Origin: Mustelus asterias
Taxonomy: Eukaryota
Length of the DNA stretch: 64,000 nucleotides
Direction of reading: 5' to 3'
Assembly (NCBI RefSeq): GCF_964213995.1
Contig: NC_135808.1
Location: 91,760,001-91,824,000, forward strand
Each line of letters opens with the position of its first letter. Within the stretch, counting starts at the first letter, position 1. Positions 1 to 13,619 of the stretch are shown in pieces. The translations under genes and the position numbers were made by a program. The notes under the pieces are model-generated. The model did not search any database, was not told the DNA's origin, and saw only the letters and a program-made list of their open reading frames with translations.

Positions 1-19
1 CAGATCTTCACAAGGCAAG

Positions 20-425
20 GGGCAGCACAATGGCTAGCACTGCTGCCTCACAGCAAGAAGTTTAACAACACCAGGTTAAAGTCCAACAGGTTTATTTGGT
101 AGCAAAAGCCACACAAGCTTTCGGAGCTCTAAGCCCCTTCTTCAATTTCGGTCTTGGGGGATGTGTGTGTGGAGTTTGCATGCTCTCCCCATGTCTGCTT
201 GGGTTTTCTCCGGGTGCTCCAGTTTCCTCCCAGAGTCCTATGATGTGCAGGTTCGGTGGGTTAGCCATGCTAAATTGCCCCTTAGTGTCCAAAGGTGTCT
301 AGATCAGGTGGATTAGCCATGGTAAATTCACGGGGTTATGGGGATTGGGAGAGATGCTCTTTTGAAGAGTCAGTACAGAATCAATGTCTGAAGACCTCCT
401 TCTGCACTATAGGGATTCGATGGTA
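20..425 (+). mobile_element. HE1-type SINE with Penelope-type insert at ~56-145
   Basis: GGCAGCAC..TGGCTAGCACTGCTGCCTCACAGC head, GTGTGGAGTTTGCA core, CR1-like tail. Confidence 0.8.
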
Positions 426-1049
426 AGAGCATCAGGAACATGGATTAAATGCAGGTAAGTGCTTTGAATGTACAGAGCAACTATATTCAAGTCAATGACA
501 CAACAGGCTTCAGAAGATAAAGGGCCTACAGTCCAACTCCAATGTTCCACAGAAAGAAATTGGACAAAAAGGGTTTGCTTTTAATATTGTTTAAAAGCAT
601 AGTGTATTTAGATAGTTAATAAAAAGGTCTTTGAGATGGACAAAAGCATCAGAACTGCTGTAATTTTATCATAGACTGTAAATGAGTGATTTGTTAGATT
701 GTCTCAGCAATCAATAAATACCTCCCACCCATTGTGCCAAAATCTTTGATTAGCAAGTAGTAACATAAATTCAACAGGCAACAGGGGAATTGCCAGGGAC
801 ATTTGTAAGCATTTCCAGAGTCAAAAAGCTTACAGATGTTGGGCAATAGGTAGGAGTCACCTTATTTAAATTAAAACTGCCCATTAAAATGCGATAATGT
901 GGTACGTTGTTAATTTTGCATTATTACATGGGTATTGTGTGGATTGTATTACGTCAGTCCAATATCAGTTGACCTTGCCTCATCAAGCATTTACTTGGTT
1001 TGTCTTTTGAGAATTTTTTAAAATTCTAATGGCTGAGGAACAGGTATAG

Positions 1050-1590
1050 TTTTGTGTCAAGATTAACATTATATACAATGGTTTTGGCTGACAGAATGTG
1101 AATGGTTGTGATGCCACAAGGAATGGTTCACTCAAGGCCAAAAGTTCACTATATGGGCAATGGTCTGACTTGGAAAGCCACAGTCACAATTTCAACTGTT
1201 CCCCATAATTCATTTGTGGAGCAAGTGGCCACATCTTCTCTGACCTGCCCTCAAAGCTGTGGAGGGGTGTCCAGATTTTCTGCGGAAGGTGGAAACCTGG
1301 GACTTCACCACTCGGGTCTGTTACCAGCGTCTGTTGATGATATTTGCAGTCAACCAAGAGGTGCACAAGCAAACTGTTTTTTTTGGATGTGGATTGTGCT
1401 CCAGTAGGGACTACAGGATTTCAGATGAGTCCATGGGTTATATTTTGAGGTTCTATGTCAGTGGAAGTGCTTTGTTAGCTGTCAGCTGGTGGCGTTATTT
1501 GAGGAGGATGTTTTCCCTGCGAACATCAGGAAGTTCACTATGTGCTGGCACAGGAAGCCACTTGAAGATTAATGATGCGCACACACAAAA
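1050..1590 (-). mobile_element. Decayed non-LTR retrotransposon 3' part (Vingi/Ingi/RTEX-like), in MYSM1 intron 2
   Basis: Minus strand gives LKWLPVPAH, VPGFHLPQKIWT, CGHLLHK, CDCG..QTIAHIV with frameshifts. Confidence 0.55.
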
Positions 1591-1921
1591 TACATCAGTT
1601 ATCAGTCAAAAACATGAGACATCTTTGCATAACCTTATTAAACAAATAGATGTGGCACTACAGCCAACTCACACAAAAGTAAGAGACCGTGGTCTGTTTA
1701 CAGGAGCGACTGGTGCCATTGAACCTGAAAGGGTGACCCAAATTTATAATACAATTCATGAACTAGGTGTACGAGCTCAGTTGCAGAATTTGATAACTTG
1801 GTTTGTCAAATGCAGCACTGCATCCCATTGTTGAAATATTTCACATGAAATTATATTTTTATATTTAGTAAATTTGACTAATTTAAAATTATCCACCACA
1901 ATGCTGCGTTTTAGGACTTAC

Positions 1922-2000
1922 CAAAAATCCATTGTTACTCCTCCAGGAAGAATCGAGGTAATGGTCTTGCAGAAAACCAGGAACTGTACCACAATCCTCA
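1922..2000 (-). CDS. MYSM1: MYSM1 coding exon 2; later exons not found, presumably left of the window
   Basis: 79-nt exon bounded by TTTGAAG acceptor and GTAAGT donor, in phase with exon 1. Encodes (G)EDCGTVPGFLQDHYLDSSWRSNNGFL, matching MYSM1 DHYLDSSWRTENGL. Confidence 0.92.
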
Positions 2001-3439
2001 CTTCAAACACAAATTAATAATTTTTGGTAAGATTCAGAACCACAAAGAATATTGTTAATCTTATAATCAAAAAAATTACCCTCCACCTTTACTGGGGCAA
2101 GATTTGGGGGGGGGGGGGGCAGGGGTCTGGTCAGAAGTTGCATGGCTGGTTATTTCAAATGGGATCCCCATCTGGAAGCCAGTCTGGTACAGGTTGGTAT
2201 CCTGCTGCTTGTGTAGAGAGTGCAAGGAAGGTGGGTATAGCGTAACTGGTGTTGGTTTTTGTGCAATAGCAGAGATTTTTAAATTCATTTTTGGGATTTA
2301 TTACCCATCCCTAAAACTATACCATTCAGAGGGTTCTTAAGAGTCATCTACATGTGGATCTGGAGTCACATGTAGGCCAGACCAGGTGGGGATGGCAAAT
2401 TTCCTTCTCTAAAGGAAATGAGTGAGCCAGATGTTTTTTAAAAATAATTGACAATGGTTCCGTGGTCACCATTAGACAATTAATTTCAGATTTTTTATTA
2501 AATTCAAATTTCACCATCCGCCCTCCTTTCACAATACCACTTACCATCGCCTCCTAGTGGGTTCCCAGTGATTCTGAGGGGGTCTGGTCATAAGAAGGGG
2601 TGGTGCTTGCTGGGAGGGAAGCATTCCTACTCGCCCACAAACAATGCTTGGAAAGTATTTATCTCTTCCACACAGCAGTCCACTCCTCACTTTAGCTGCC
2701 AGGTTTCCCGAGCCCCATGAAACCTGGCTAGCCAGTGTTAAAGCTAGAAGGGAATTACATTTTGAGGCATGTAATTTCATTAAAATATCCTCAACTCCAC
2801 ATGTTCCTACTCCATTGCGCTTCCATTAAAACCGGAAGTGGCCATGTTGGAGTTTGAAATTTTAAACATTCTTATCCACCCATCTGACCCAAGCCCACCT
2901 GATGGGTTTAAAATCTCCCTCGTATTTATTATATTGTTAACTACTACAGCTTGTGGGTGCCATACTCCATCTCTTCTAAATTTGACATGCTAACTTTCAA
3001 ATCAGCAGTTTGACACTATTTTACAAGTGAGCAGAGGTAGTTAAACCAAATTTACAGGGTGAAATACAATTTCCAATAAGGATTGATAACCACTAATCAG
3101 AATCTTCAAACTGAATTATGTCACCCAAGTTCAACTGTACATCAATATAAATTGTAACTAAAATTTTCCATAAATAAAAATGCTACTTCATTTTTCTTTG
3201 AAGTTACTCCCTGAATTGTGTAGTTGAAGGGGATTGTGCAGGATGTGGAATCAGTCATAGCTAGAGGGCAAGCTGGAGGGCAGCAGAAAAAGGGGTGACC
3301 GAGGAATAGTTGGGTAACGAATATCACAGAGTGGTTGCATTCAATCGAATGGTGGAGGACAGACAAACATGCCATACCATCACAGCAAATCTACTGGTAG
3401 GAATAGCTACTAGCAGCAGAGGAATAAAGCATCAGAGGA

Positions 3440-3810
3440 TGCAGGGAAGATTCATGAACATGGTTCCAGGGAAGCAGAACTTCAGTTATGTCCCTGAAAT
3501 GTTTTGATGAAGGTATTCAAAATCATGAGGTGGCTGGATAGTAGCTGGGGAGAAACTGTTCCCATTGACAGAAGGAGCCACAGATTAAGGGAAAAGAAAC
3601 AACAGCAAAACATGTCACACATTGAGTTGTTAGGGTCCGGAATGAACTGCCTGAGTGTGTGGTGGAGGTAGGGTCAATTAAGGTGGTTCAAAAGGAAATT
3701 GGATCACTATCTGCAAAGGAAATATTTTCAGGGCTAGAGGGAAAAATGACAGGGAATGGCAGTAGATAAATTGGGGGCTAGCACTGACATGATGGGCAAA
3801 ATACAAATCA
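3440..3810 (+). mobile_element. CR1 3' fragment
   Basis: GAAGGTATTCAAAATCATGAGG...GAAACTGTTCCCA...GGAATGAACTGCCTGA resembles the ORF2 C-terminus at 19800-20118. Confidence 0.65.
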
Positions 3811-4496
3811 TTCCACGATTCTGGTTGTATTCATTTTGTTTGAGCCTCACGATCGTATTTCGTTCCCTTGTCTGCCTCTGAGGGTTCAAAGTAAGGTCGG
3901 GGACTCGAGCACACAAAGCACTCAGGTCAGTCTTGCACAGTCAGATGAACTGCGGCACTGCAAACCGTCTCAAGTGGATATAAATGCTGCCGTGTCACTC
4001 TTCAAAGGTTGTCAGTAGCGATCTCCCGCTACCCTGACCAACATTTACCCCGCAGCCAGCTGAATATCTCGACATTGAAGTGGGAACTCGCAGTGCGCTG
4101 GTTGGCTGCCGCGTTTGCTATACAAAGCCAGTCCTCAGATGTACTCATTTCATTCATTAGCTTTGGGAAAAGCCAAACCTTTTCCTGTAGGTTTGACCAC
4201 TGAAAATATTAAATACACATTAATTTTAATAAGGTTGCAGGGTACGTCGCTCTATTGTCAACAGGGAGAAGCAGCAGCAGCAGCTTACATTGGTTACCCC
4301 CCAGTGTAGACTCTCTGAATGTTTTACAGTAAATACTCTGACAGGTGAGAAATAAACAAACCCAGGCGGATCCCTCCCTCTCCCCCAGGCCGGCTTCAGC
4401 GGTGACAAACTACCCTCGCCTCCCCACTCCGGAACCAGCAGAGCGGGGAACAGCCCCTCCCTCTCTCTCTCCCCCCCTCAGGCCCTTTCCTCTTAC

Positions 4497-4552
4497 CCCA
4501 GGCTCAGCTCTGCTCCATCTCCTTCAATATCCACATCCACCTCCTCCGCCAT
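4497..4552 (-). CDS. MYSM1: MYSM1 histone H2A deubiquitinase, coding exon 1
   Basis: Minus strand from ATG at 4552 reads MAEEVDVDIEGDGAELSL(G), matching the human N-terminus MAAEEADVDIEGD as recalled. GTAAGA donor at 4496; 56 nt, phase 2. Confidence 0.9.
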
Positions 4553-4660
4553 ATTGGACCAGCAGCGTCATTTCCGCCCTCAACCAGGCACTTCCGCTCG
4601 CCTATCTAACTCCCCCTGCAGGACGACCATGGTATCTCCCGGGTTCAGTTCCTGATTTGA
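4540..4660 (-). promoter_or_regulatory. MYSM1 CpG-rich promoter/5' UTR
   Basis: Locally GC/CpG-rich. YY1-like CCGCCATATT overlaps the start codon (4546-4555). ETS-like CATTTCCG (~4569) and CACTTCCG (~4589). Confidence 0.6.
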
Positions 4661-4684
4661 ATTGAATAGATCTATTATAAAGTA

Positions 4685-4975
4685 AAGTTTACTCATCAGT
4701 GTCACAAGTAGACTTAGATTAACACTGCAATGAAGTTACTGTGAAAATCCCCACACTCCGGCGCCTGTTCAGGTACACTGAGGGAGAATTTAACATGTCC
4801 AATGCACCTGACCAGCACGTCTTTCGGACTGTGGGAGGAAACCGGAGCACCCGGAGGAAACCCACGCAGACATGGGTAGAACATGCAGACTCCGCACAGA
4901 CAGTGATCCAAGCTAGGAACCGAACCCAGATCCCTGGCGCTGTGAGACAGCAGTGCTAACCCCTGTGCCCACCAT
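4685..4975 (-). mobile_element. HE1-type SINE, alternative tail
   Basis: Reverse complement of the HE1 head/core with CACAGTAACTTCATTGCAGTG...TTGTGACA tail. Confidence 0.85.
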
Positions 4976-5059
4976 AAATTGGCTTTTGCAACCAAATCAA
5001 CCTGTTGGACTTTAACCTGGTGTTGTTAGACTTCTTACTGTGCCCACTATATATTGTCA

Positions 5060-5510
5060 CATGTATTGGGATACAGTTTAAAATATTGTTTCTTGCCAGC
5101 TAAACAGACAAAACACATCATTCATAGAGTACATAGGGGAAAAGCAAAGTATTGGGTGCAGAATGTAGTATTGAAGTTACCGATAGGGTGAGAAGAAAGA
5201 TCAGCTTAATGTGTGAAAGGACCATTCAAAAGTCTCATGGCAGAGTTGGTTGGTACGTGTTTTAAGACTCTTGTATCTTTTTCCCCGATGGAAGAAGGTG
5301 GAAGCAAGTATGTTCAGAGTGCATGGGGTCCTTGATTGTGCTAGCTGCTTTCCCGAGGCAGTGAGAACTGTAGATGGAGTCAATGGATGGGAGGCTGGTT
5401 TGCATGATGGCTACAGTCACAACTCTTTGTGGTTTCTTGCGGTCATGGTCAGAGCAAGGGTCATATCAAGCTGTGATGCATCCAGAAAGAATGCTTTCTA
5501 TGGTGATAGC
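5060..5510 (-). mobile_element. Rex1/Babar (L2-group) LINE 3' fragment
   Basis: GKRYKSLKTRTNQL motif followed by the typical 3' UTR. Confidence 0.6.
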
Positions 5511-5589
5511 ACACATACAATTTGGTTGCACCAAAAGAAACACATTGACTAAAAGGATTTTTTTTTAAAAATTGGGAATTTTGCCCTAG

Positions 5590-6900
5590 AATCCATTCAA
5601 ACCGTTGCTCAACTTATTTTGATGGTACCTGTGACAAAGTGTCTTTGTGTCCCCCTCTGGATTAAATCTGGAAGATCTTTGTAAATCAGCAGTTGTATCA
5701 CTACCTCAAAGACCAAATGTAACAATTTGCAAACTTCATTGAACGCTCAGCCACGAGTAACACAAATCAAAATAAATGTAAGAATCCTCAATCCTCATGA
5801 TGAGTGCAATGTGGAATTAGACCAATATGGGCAAAGGGAAAAAGGAACAAGAAATGCAACTTGTTAAGAATAATGGGGAGTCCAAAAAAAAGGTATACCT
5901 AAGTTTTATAGATTATACTAAGGCTTTTGAGAGTGAGGCAGGAACAGATGTTTGGAATATTACATGAACTTTTCCCTTCAATATTAAAATTAAGGCTGCT
6001 TCAAAACTTAGACAGACCAAACAGCAGTTAGAATAGACAATGAATAACGTGATCGGATAGCTACAAAGAGTGCAACATGGGGTTGTCTTCTGTCACCGAA
6101 TCCTTTCAATCTTTAAACTTAAGTGATTAAAATATGGTTATAAACTTACCACAAATTTCAGTGGCTGACAGAATATAAATAATCTGAGATATGCAATGAC
6201 AATAATAACAAATTGTAACATATAGATCATTAAACTGCAGCAAAACAGTAAGCATGGTAATATCAAAGGAGTATATCTGGATGCAAAATAATAGTGGAAT
6301 TGAAATAAACCAAGTTGAATCATTTTCTTATCTGGGTAGCCTCATAACATCTGATGGGAGAAGCGATTAAGACATCAGCATGCACAAAACTTTCAAAGAA
6401 AACCTTCACAAAAATGTCAGACCTCGAGAAATAACATCTTTATGGAAAGCAGAATAAGCTTATTAAAATTCTATTTTTGGTAAACTTTACTAAATGGATG
6501 CAAAAATTAAAATGCAAGCTTGGGGGAGGATAAATTAAAAGCAACAGAATGTGGCTTCTGAGACGCATCATGCGGATTCGTTGGACAACACACAAAACTA
6601 ATGAGGAAATTTTGAGGAAGGTGGGTACACAAAATCTTTTGCAGACAATAACCAAGTGGCAACTACATTTCTTTGGGCAAGTACTTAAGAGGGAGAAACT
6701 AGAACAATATATCTGATGGCAACTGGTAAAATTGAGGGTAACAAGGCAAGAGGGAGACAAAGGAGGGAATACACTGACAGTTTAAGAAGCAGAACAGGTG
6801 GAAATTTGGAGAACACTACCAAGATGTTGGCTGCTATCAAAGACCATGAAACTTGTAAAAGAGCTATGATTGCTAACATAAAGAATGGAATCTGGAGATA
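5590..6900 (+). mobile_element. Decayed RTE-clade LINE
   Basis: FIDYTKAF; MWLLRRIMRIRWTTHKTNEEIL; GKIEGNKARGRQRREY; many stops and frameshifts. Confidence 0.75.
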
Positions 6901-7557
6901 AAGAAAGACAGTACGTTTTTATTTGTTTTGGACAAATATTTGGGTCAGGATGTTGGCGAGACTGACTAGTCAATCAACAAAACTATAGACCTGCCAGGAT
7001 CAGGTATCAGATTACCACAGAAGCTTGCCCAAATTCCAATCTTTCAATGTCAGATCGGTCATAGTGATTCTATCTCAAGTCTTTGCCATTGAGGCAAGGT
7101 GTGAACTGATTCAGAAGAGTAAACTACAATAATGAAAAGCTATTTCCTCAACTTGGATGTTGTAGAGGCATGGGTACAAGCAGCTCGGTTGCAGACAGAG
7201 TGTAAAAATATTTTTAGAACACTGCTTCACCAGTGGCTAGATACCAATGGTTTTCATACATGCATTACACACTAATGACAGAAAATAAACAATATCCAAC
7301 AAGTATTTGAAATGAAGGGCATTTTTATTTCTAAAGATTTAAATTCATGTCAACTATGAGAGTTGGAAGTGTCAGTATTTGAATGTTTGGCACCATATTG
7401 CTCAGTATGAAAGTGAAATTCTACAACCACATTTATACAAATATCACAAAGCTGTGTAAGAACTCAAATTTTGAAAATATAGCATCTATATACATCTAGC
7501 AAATACAGAACTGGAGACAAAATGAGTTATGAATACGAATCAGTTGCTACTTGTCAC

Positions 7558-8021
7558 TTATGTGTCTTCATCTGAAGAATAGCAAGACAATCCCAGGATT
7601 CCACAGCTTTTATTCTGCAAAATAGTTTCCTGAGAATCTTCCGTCATCTTAAAGGCTTCTATTTCTTCTTTCTCTCTGTTCAACCCTGCTTTGGTTCCAC
7701 AGGAAGATGAGGTTTGTAAATTTGGTAGCTGCGATAAAAGAATTTTGGTCATGTGGTGTGAGCCTTCTCCGGATGTATTTTTTGGGGTTGAGCGCATGGA
7801 AAATCTCAGTGGAACTCTAGCAGGATTAAAAGTGAGGGGCTGGTCCTGAAACTTGGAATTAACCACTGAACAGTCATAGATGACACCATCTGCTACCTGT
7901 GGGCTGAGACAGCTCCTTTCCCTTCCTTCACCAGATTTCCTATCAGAGTCATACTCATGAGTTTCATCTTCAGTTTCATGTGAAGGAGGCATACGTAGTC
8001 CTTTCAAATTGTGCAACGTAT
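7558..8021 (-). CDS. ISY1-like protein, terminal exon 5
   Basis: TTTACAG acceptor in phase 1; open to TAA at 7558; contains QDQPLTF and ends GILGLSCYSSDEDT. Spliced CDS totals 846 nt = 281 aa. Confidence 0.8.
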
Positions 8022-9456
8022 CTGTAAATAGCAAAGCCATAATTTACTAAAAGAGAAACAAGTGCATCTGAATATGAATCTAATTACTGGATAGAAATAT
8101 TTGGGTGGTAAAATTGGCAAACATTGCTTTAAAAAGTGGAAGGTATGGGGATAAAACTACATTGTGGTATCATTAAAATAATCAACATTCCAATTTTTTC
8201 ATTAAAAAGGAAATATTCAGTGGTGGCTAAATCACTTTTCCAACACTTCACAGAAAATGTGCAAGATAAGTTTTGGTATTAAAAAGTCAATTGGAATTTA
8301 TATAAATTAACAATGTGTAAAGATCATTTTCAAAACATATTTTGAGGAAATCTAAATGAAGGGCTAAGGCTCAATGGTGTTTATATGGATGGTAGTAAAG
8401 GTGAGAGAAATCAATATTTCTAGACATAACATATTAAAAGAATAATTTTAAAAGGTGTCTTGTCATTAAATGGAAAACTGAACGGCACTGTCTGGCATAG
8501 GGCCTGGCAGTTTTAGAACAATTAATGGCATTACACAGTACAGCAACAATTAGAGGTTGGCATTTAAGTTACACTAGGTTAGATAAACCTTCAAGTGCCA
8601 GAAAATGTATTTCCAAAGATCAGCTGACTCTCCCATGAGTGGATTCATGCTCCCACCCAGTTCATTCAAGAAAAAAACTTTGTCAATGAGTTTCCAGTTA
8701 TGCTTCTTTTGTTAACAATCTCTTCAAAACTTCTCCCAGCAATGACAGACAAATCACCAAATAGTATATTTAGTATTTTTTTTTATAAATCTAATGACAC
8801 TAGAGGGCAAGGAAAGATGAACATAAATAGGCAATGGAAGGAAGTACTCAGCGGATCTGGCAGCATCTGTGGAGAGATAAGCAGAGTTAAAGGTTGAGGA
8901 CCTTTCTTCAGAGGATCTGAAGAGATGCTGCCACACCTGCTGAGTATTTCCAGATTTTCCTGCTTTTGTTTTAGATTCCAGCCTCCACAGTATTTTGCTT
9001 CTGCTTTAAGTAATGGAAGGAATTGACACCAAGTTGCATTAATGTAGGCAAGAAGAGATGAAGAGGAGTTAATGAAAGATGAGTTGTCGAAATGGGCTTT
9101 AAATAGGTTCAGAACATGAGTTAACAAGAGGCAGAAGGATGTAATTCTAAATGAAGGGAATCGCAAAGAGTTACTGAAAGCTATACCAATATTTCAGAGG
9201 CTCAAGGAATATGTTTCAGGCAAGAAATAAGAATTAATTACACGCCAGAATGGAGGACTAAAGGGTAATGAAGGGATAAGACTGGAGTAAGTTGCAGAGA
9301 TAGAGTGGCCAAAACTAAAACCATGAAGAATTGGAAGTTAACGATCAGGATTTTACATCGAGTGTGCCAAAATGATATTTACATCATTATGCTGCAATGC
9401 ATCAAGGCCTAATTGCTGCTTAGTTACAAATTGACCTCAAATATAATTTTGAATAC

Positions 9457-9655
9457 CTAGTTCGCTGATGGTCTGTGCTGCAGAGTTAGGTGGCCTTTTC
9501 CGCGTATAAGCACGGGGTTTCCAAGGGTGGTCCTTGTGGGAAGGATCTAACCGACGTAGCTTCCACAAGTAACGCTGATACTCCTTCTTAAGTTCTTCAA
9601 TATGATCCTGGAATTCCTTTATCTTCTTTTCTGAGTAATGGGATAATTGTGATTG
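9457..9655 (-). CDS. ISY1-like protein, exon 4
   Basis: CTTCACAG acceptor, GTATTC donor, 199 nt open: QSQLSHYSEKKIKEFQDHIEELKKEYQRYLWKLRRLDPSHKDHPWKPRAYTRKR... (coiled coil). Confidence 0.88.
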
Positions 9656-9704
9656 CTGTGAAGCAGAGAAAACATTTCCTCTTTATTGTATCATTATAAT
9701 GCGA

Positions 9705-10270
9705 TTCATAGAATGGTTACAGCAAAAAGGAAACCATTCAGCCTGCCATGTTTGTGCTTGCTCTCTGAAAGCACAAGTCACCAAGTGCCAATCCCCCACT
9801 TCTCCCTGTAACCCTGCGCATTCTTCCTTTTCAGATAATAGTCCAATTCCCTGTTGAATGCTTCGATTGAACCTGCCTCCATCACACTCTCAGGCAATGC
9901 ACTTCCAGAACCCAACTATACACTGTGAAAAATATTTTCTTCATGTCTCCATTGCTCTTTAGCCAATTTAAATCTGAGTCCTCTGGTTATTGATTCTTCC
10001 ACCAATGTAGTATTAACATATAGCAGGAAGAGCAGGGTCCCAACATCAATGCATGGGGAAGTCCATGATAAACATTCCTCCAGTCCAAAAAACAACCGTT
10101 CGGCACTGCCCTCGGTGTCCTGTCACAAGGCCAATTTTGTATTTATGATGCAACTGTGACTTTTATTCCATAAGCTCTAACTTTGCTCACAAGCGAATTG
10201 TGTATAGCATTTTATCAAATGCCCTTTGGCAGTCCATGCACATCACGGCAACAGAATTACCCTCAAAAAC
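9705..10270 (-). mobile_element. CR1 fragments in intron 3 of the ISY1-like gene
   Basis: Reverse complement resembles the CR1 3' end and the RT region (KAFDK, GVPQG-like). Confidence 0.65.
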
Positions 10271-10875
10271 TCAAGCATTATTTTATCATTTTGATTCTGT
10301 TAGACCACCCACCTAGACACATACAAAATAAATGAGCACACGATGTTACATCTGTAACAAACCCTGAAAAATATACTTTTAATAAAAGCAATTTGGTTAA
10401 CAAAAAGCCATGGCAAACATAAAAATAACTTACTGAACCAAGCATTTAGCAACTATATTTCTTTCATGTATCTGCTTTCTTTCAATTGGACTAATTAGAG
10501 CTATTAAAGATTGCATTGTATAAAGAGTGGGTACTGCAATTTAGTAGAATGATAATCCTTTCGTTGCAGACTTTTGTTTCGAATCCAGTCATGAGGAGAT
10601 GTCTCATCTTGATGCAAGTTCTTCGAATAAATCTGAGCAACATCAACTCATAGCAAGTAGTAATTAGACAGCACAAATCTGCCAATATATTGTATTTTTA
10701 CAGCAGAATCCATTACCAAGAAACTCCCTTGATACAACTCAGAAGAAAATATTTTTGACTGAAAAACTTGAATTTTTATCGCAAAAAATGAATTGATATT
10801 GTTGAACACCAGGAATTTTTCTCTCCCCAGAAGTGAAACATTGCTAATGTCCCTTTCATAAACTGAATTACTCAC

Positions 10876-10950
10876 CTGAAGATAATATTCAATCTCAGTT
10901 TTGATGCTTGGAATCCATTTTTTTACTTCAACAGCTGAAGTCAAGGATGA
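10876..10950 (-). CDS. ISY1-like protein, exon 3
   Basis: TTTCTAG acceptor, GTGAGT donor, 75 nt, SSLTSAVEVKKWIPSIKTEIEYYLQ. Confidence 0.88.
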
Positions 10951-11926
10951 CTAGAAATAGGATAACACAAATTCAAATCATCATCATTAAATGTGAAGTG
11001 GTCACTAAACAGAAGCTCCATGCACTACATTTCTTGATTTTAGGACAAAAAGTTTTGTTCGCATTGAAAGTGTACCTCTCAGTAAATTCAAAGGTATGAA
11101 TTCAAACATCTGGAAACACTTAGATTAAATCAATTTAACTTTTAAACAACGCTTGTTTCTAAGTCATGAATATTAATAAACTGCAACTGTAACACTGACA
11201 GCAAGATTATAACACTGCTAATCAAATCTAAAATATATCACTTTGGATGTTGCTCCAACAGATTGAGGTGAATTTTGCAGCAGATCCATGCTCTAAAACA
11301 GGAACCATCAACAGTCAACTCTGCAGTACAGCTACCACCCATTTCTGAAGACTTTCTGCAAGTGCTCACTTGACATGCCAAGTGACTATTTCAAAATTTC
11401 TTGTGCAAATTCAGAAGAACCATTACAATCAGTGACCACACTCCAAAAATAATTTGACTGTGGAACATACTGAAGTTGTGGTACCATATAAATGCAAGTT
11501 TCTTCCTCTTTTTTTTGAAGTAGGAGAGCAAGAAAGAAACATGCATCTCAGCCTTCGAACACAAATGGAGCGTGAATCTTGCATGGAGGGAAAATGATCA
11601 TTGGTACAGAATTAACATACACATTTAATTTCTAAAGTTTTGGGTATGGTGCACTAAGAGGTGCAACGGCAATCATTAAACATCTTCCTGTGCCTAACCT
11701 TCTGTAAAGCATTCTAGACCCTCTTAATAAATTTACTGTTTATGGCACCGTCAGATGGTAGGGACGCAAGCTTGGAACAATGGAGGATGAATTTTATTTC
11801 TCTTTACTGCATCGTGGCACATAAATACACCATCAAGAGGAGTCTGACTTCCACAGAGATTAAAGATCATGCTCTATTATAAAACTGCAATTTCAGACTC
11901 AAGAAAAAAATGGTTTGGTTACTCAC

Positions 11927-11967
11927 CAGTTTGGGTCGGTTTTGATGTATCTCTCTCAGGCGACCCT
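11927..11967 (-). CDS. ISY1-like protein, exon 2
   Basis: TTCAACAG acceptor, GTGAGT donor, 41 nt, (E)GRLREIHQNRPKL; phase-compatible with exons 1 and 3. Confidence 0.85.
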
Positions 11968-12543
11968 CTGTTGAACAAAAACAAAGTGATTAAAAATTGT
12001 AGTACATGACTAATGCCTTTAATACACTTAAATGTACTAAGATTAATATAATCTTTATGCAGGAGATGGGGGAAAAAGTGATTTGGCAAGCAAGTTTCAG
12101 AGCTCAGGGCCTCGGTAGCTGAAAATGGTGGAACACAGAAAACTGAGAATCTGCAAGAGGCCAGAGTCAGAGAAGTGCAAGGTTCCGAGGGCTCTGGGAC
12201 TGGAGAAGATTAGAGACATAGGGCAGGTGAAAATAATAAAAACTGAGTTTTAACTAAACTAGAAGCCATTGTAGGTCAGTGAGTACAGAGGTGAGTACAA
12301 CAATCAGTAAATGGTACCATATCTCCCAATTTCAGTAATACACATAAATTTCAAGTATCTAGAGCTGATAACTGTTAGCAGAACTGAAGTTTAGATAATA
12401 TTAGGTGATGTCCGAGTGGGTACAGTCACCACTTCTATCAAAAATTACATTTCCAATTTTATAATCATGTTTTTTGTGGGACTTAATGTTATGTCGTTAG
12501 CTGTTATTTTGCTAGTAGTGACTCATCATTGGAGCCTTCTTGC

Positions 12544-12601
12544 AGACAGAGTACACTGACAGAGTACACTGACAGAGTACACTGACAGAGTACACTGACA
12601 G
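12544..12601. repeat. 13-bp tandem repeat x4 in intron 1 of the ISY1-like gene
   Basis: (GACAGAGTACACT)4. Confidence 0.9.
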
Positions 12602-13619
12602 CCAGATTGAAAGTTATTTTAAAAGGTCATTTCATTCTTAATCAAAGATTAACAAGCAAAATGCAGAAATTTAACTTCGTGACTCAAGTAACATCCATAA
12701 ACCAGTCAAGAGCTTTTCCCTGGTGGTTTATACTACTTTAACTCTTGTTGTTGCACATTCCCAAACATCAAAAACCTCTCAGCAGAAAATAAAATGCCAT
12801 CTGAAGCTAAATTCTGTAGTATTCTTTGGCATATTATCCTTTGTGTGTGTGATTAGATTATATCACATGTGCACAAACCAAATGGCTTTTTAATTTTGTT
12901 TAAACATATGCAGTGTGCTGGCTAGTCAGATCAGTACTGTTACATTCTTGTCATTTACAGACCTGGACATAATCCCTCCTTGGTGCTCACTGTTTGTAGT
13001 AAAGCACTAAAAGATTAGGACATACAACAGTAATCGCAAAAAAGGGCGTTGACTGCTGCGGGCAGCTAGTATCCCATAAAATATGCATAGTGGAAGGAGG
13101 AGGAATTTCTTAAGCATATAGTTGATAGGACGAATGCTGAGCCATAGCATTCAAATGCAGTCAACTAACAGAGCTGTCGCTAAATCTATAAATTATATAT
13201 ACCCTGAAAGGGGTGACCGGTCACGCAAATCAAACCCGATTATGCAGTTAAGGATAACAATGAGAACACTTCATGAATTTTGGCTCAATTATAATGCCAC
13301 CCATGTCAAATGGCCTTCAAGTAACTTCGTGGCAGTGTTAATGGAAGCCTACTTGTGACACTAACAAATAATCTTTAAGCTTTAACTATCCTTTCTTCTG
13401 GCTGGGATTCGCAAAGTGGCCCAAGGAGGCCAGTGACGGGGAGGGGGTAGTTCTAGCATTGACGAACCAGCACTAAACCTCAGCACAACAGAGCAAAGAA
13501 AACCCAATGATGCCTCGTGAGGTGCTGTGTAAACTTGATAGAGAGCTGCTCACAGACAAACATTACATGGACATCCATTGACAGAGGTTGATAGAGGAAG
13601 ATGGAGCAGCTTCTTTTAC

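Noticed and set aside
1259-1834. 191-aa plus-strand ORF
   Set aside because: Antisense to a decayed LINE inside a MYSM1 intron; non-ATG start; no recognisable domain.
8022-8040. ATG start of the 160-aa ORF 7558-8040
   Set aside because: Lies in the intron upstream of the acceptor at 8022; the ORF is the last exon of the ISY1-like gene.
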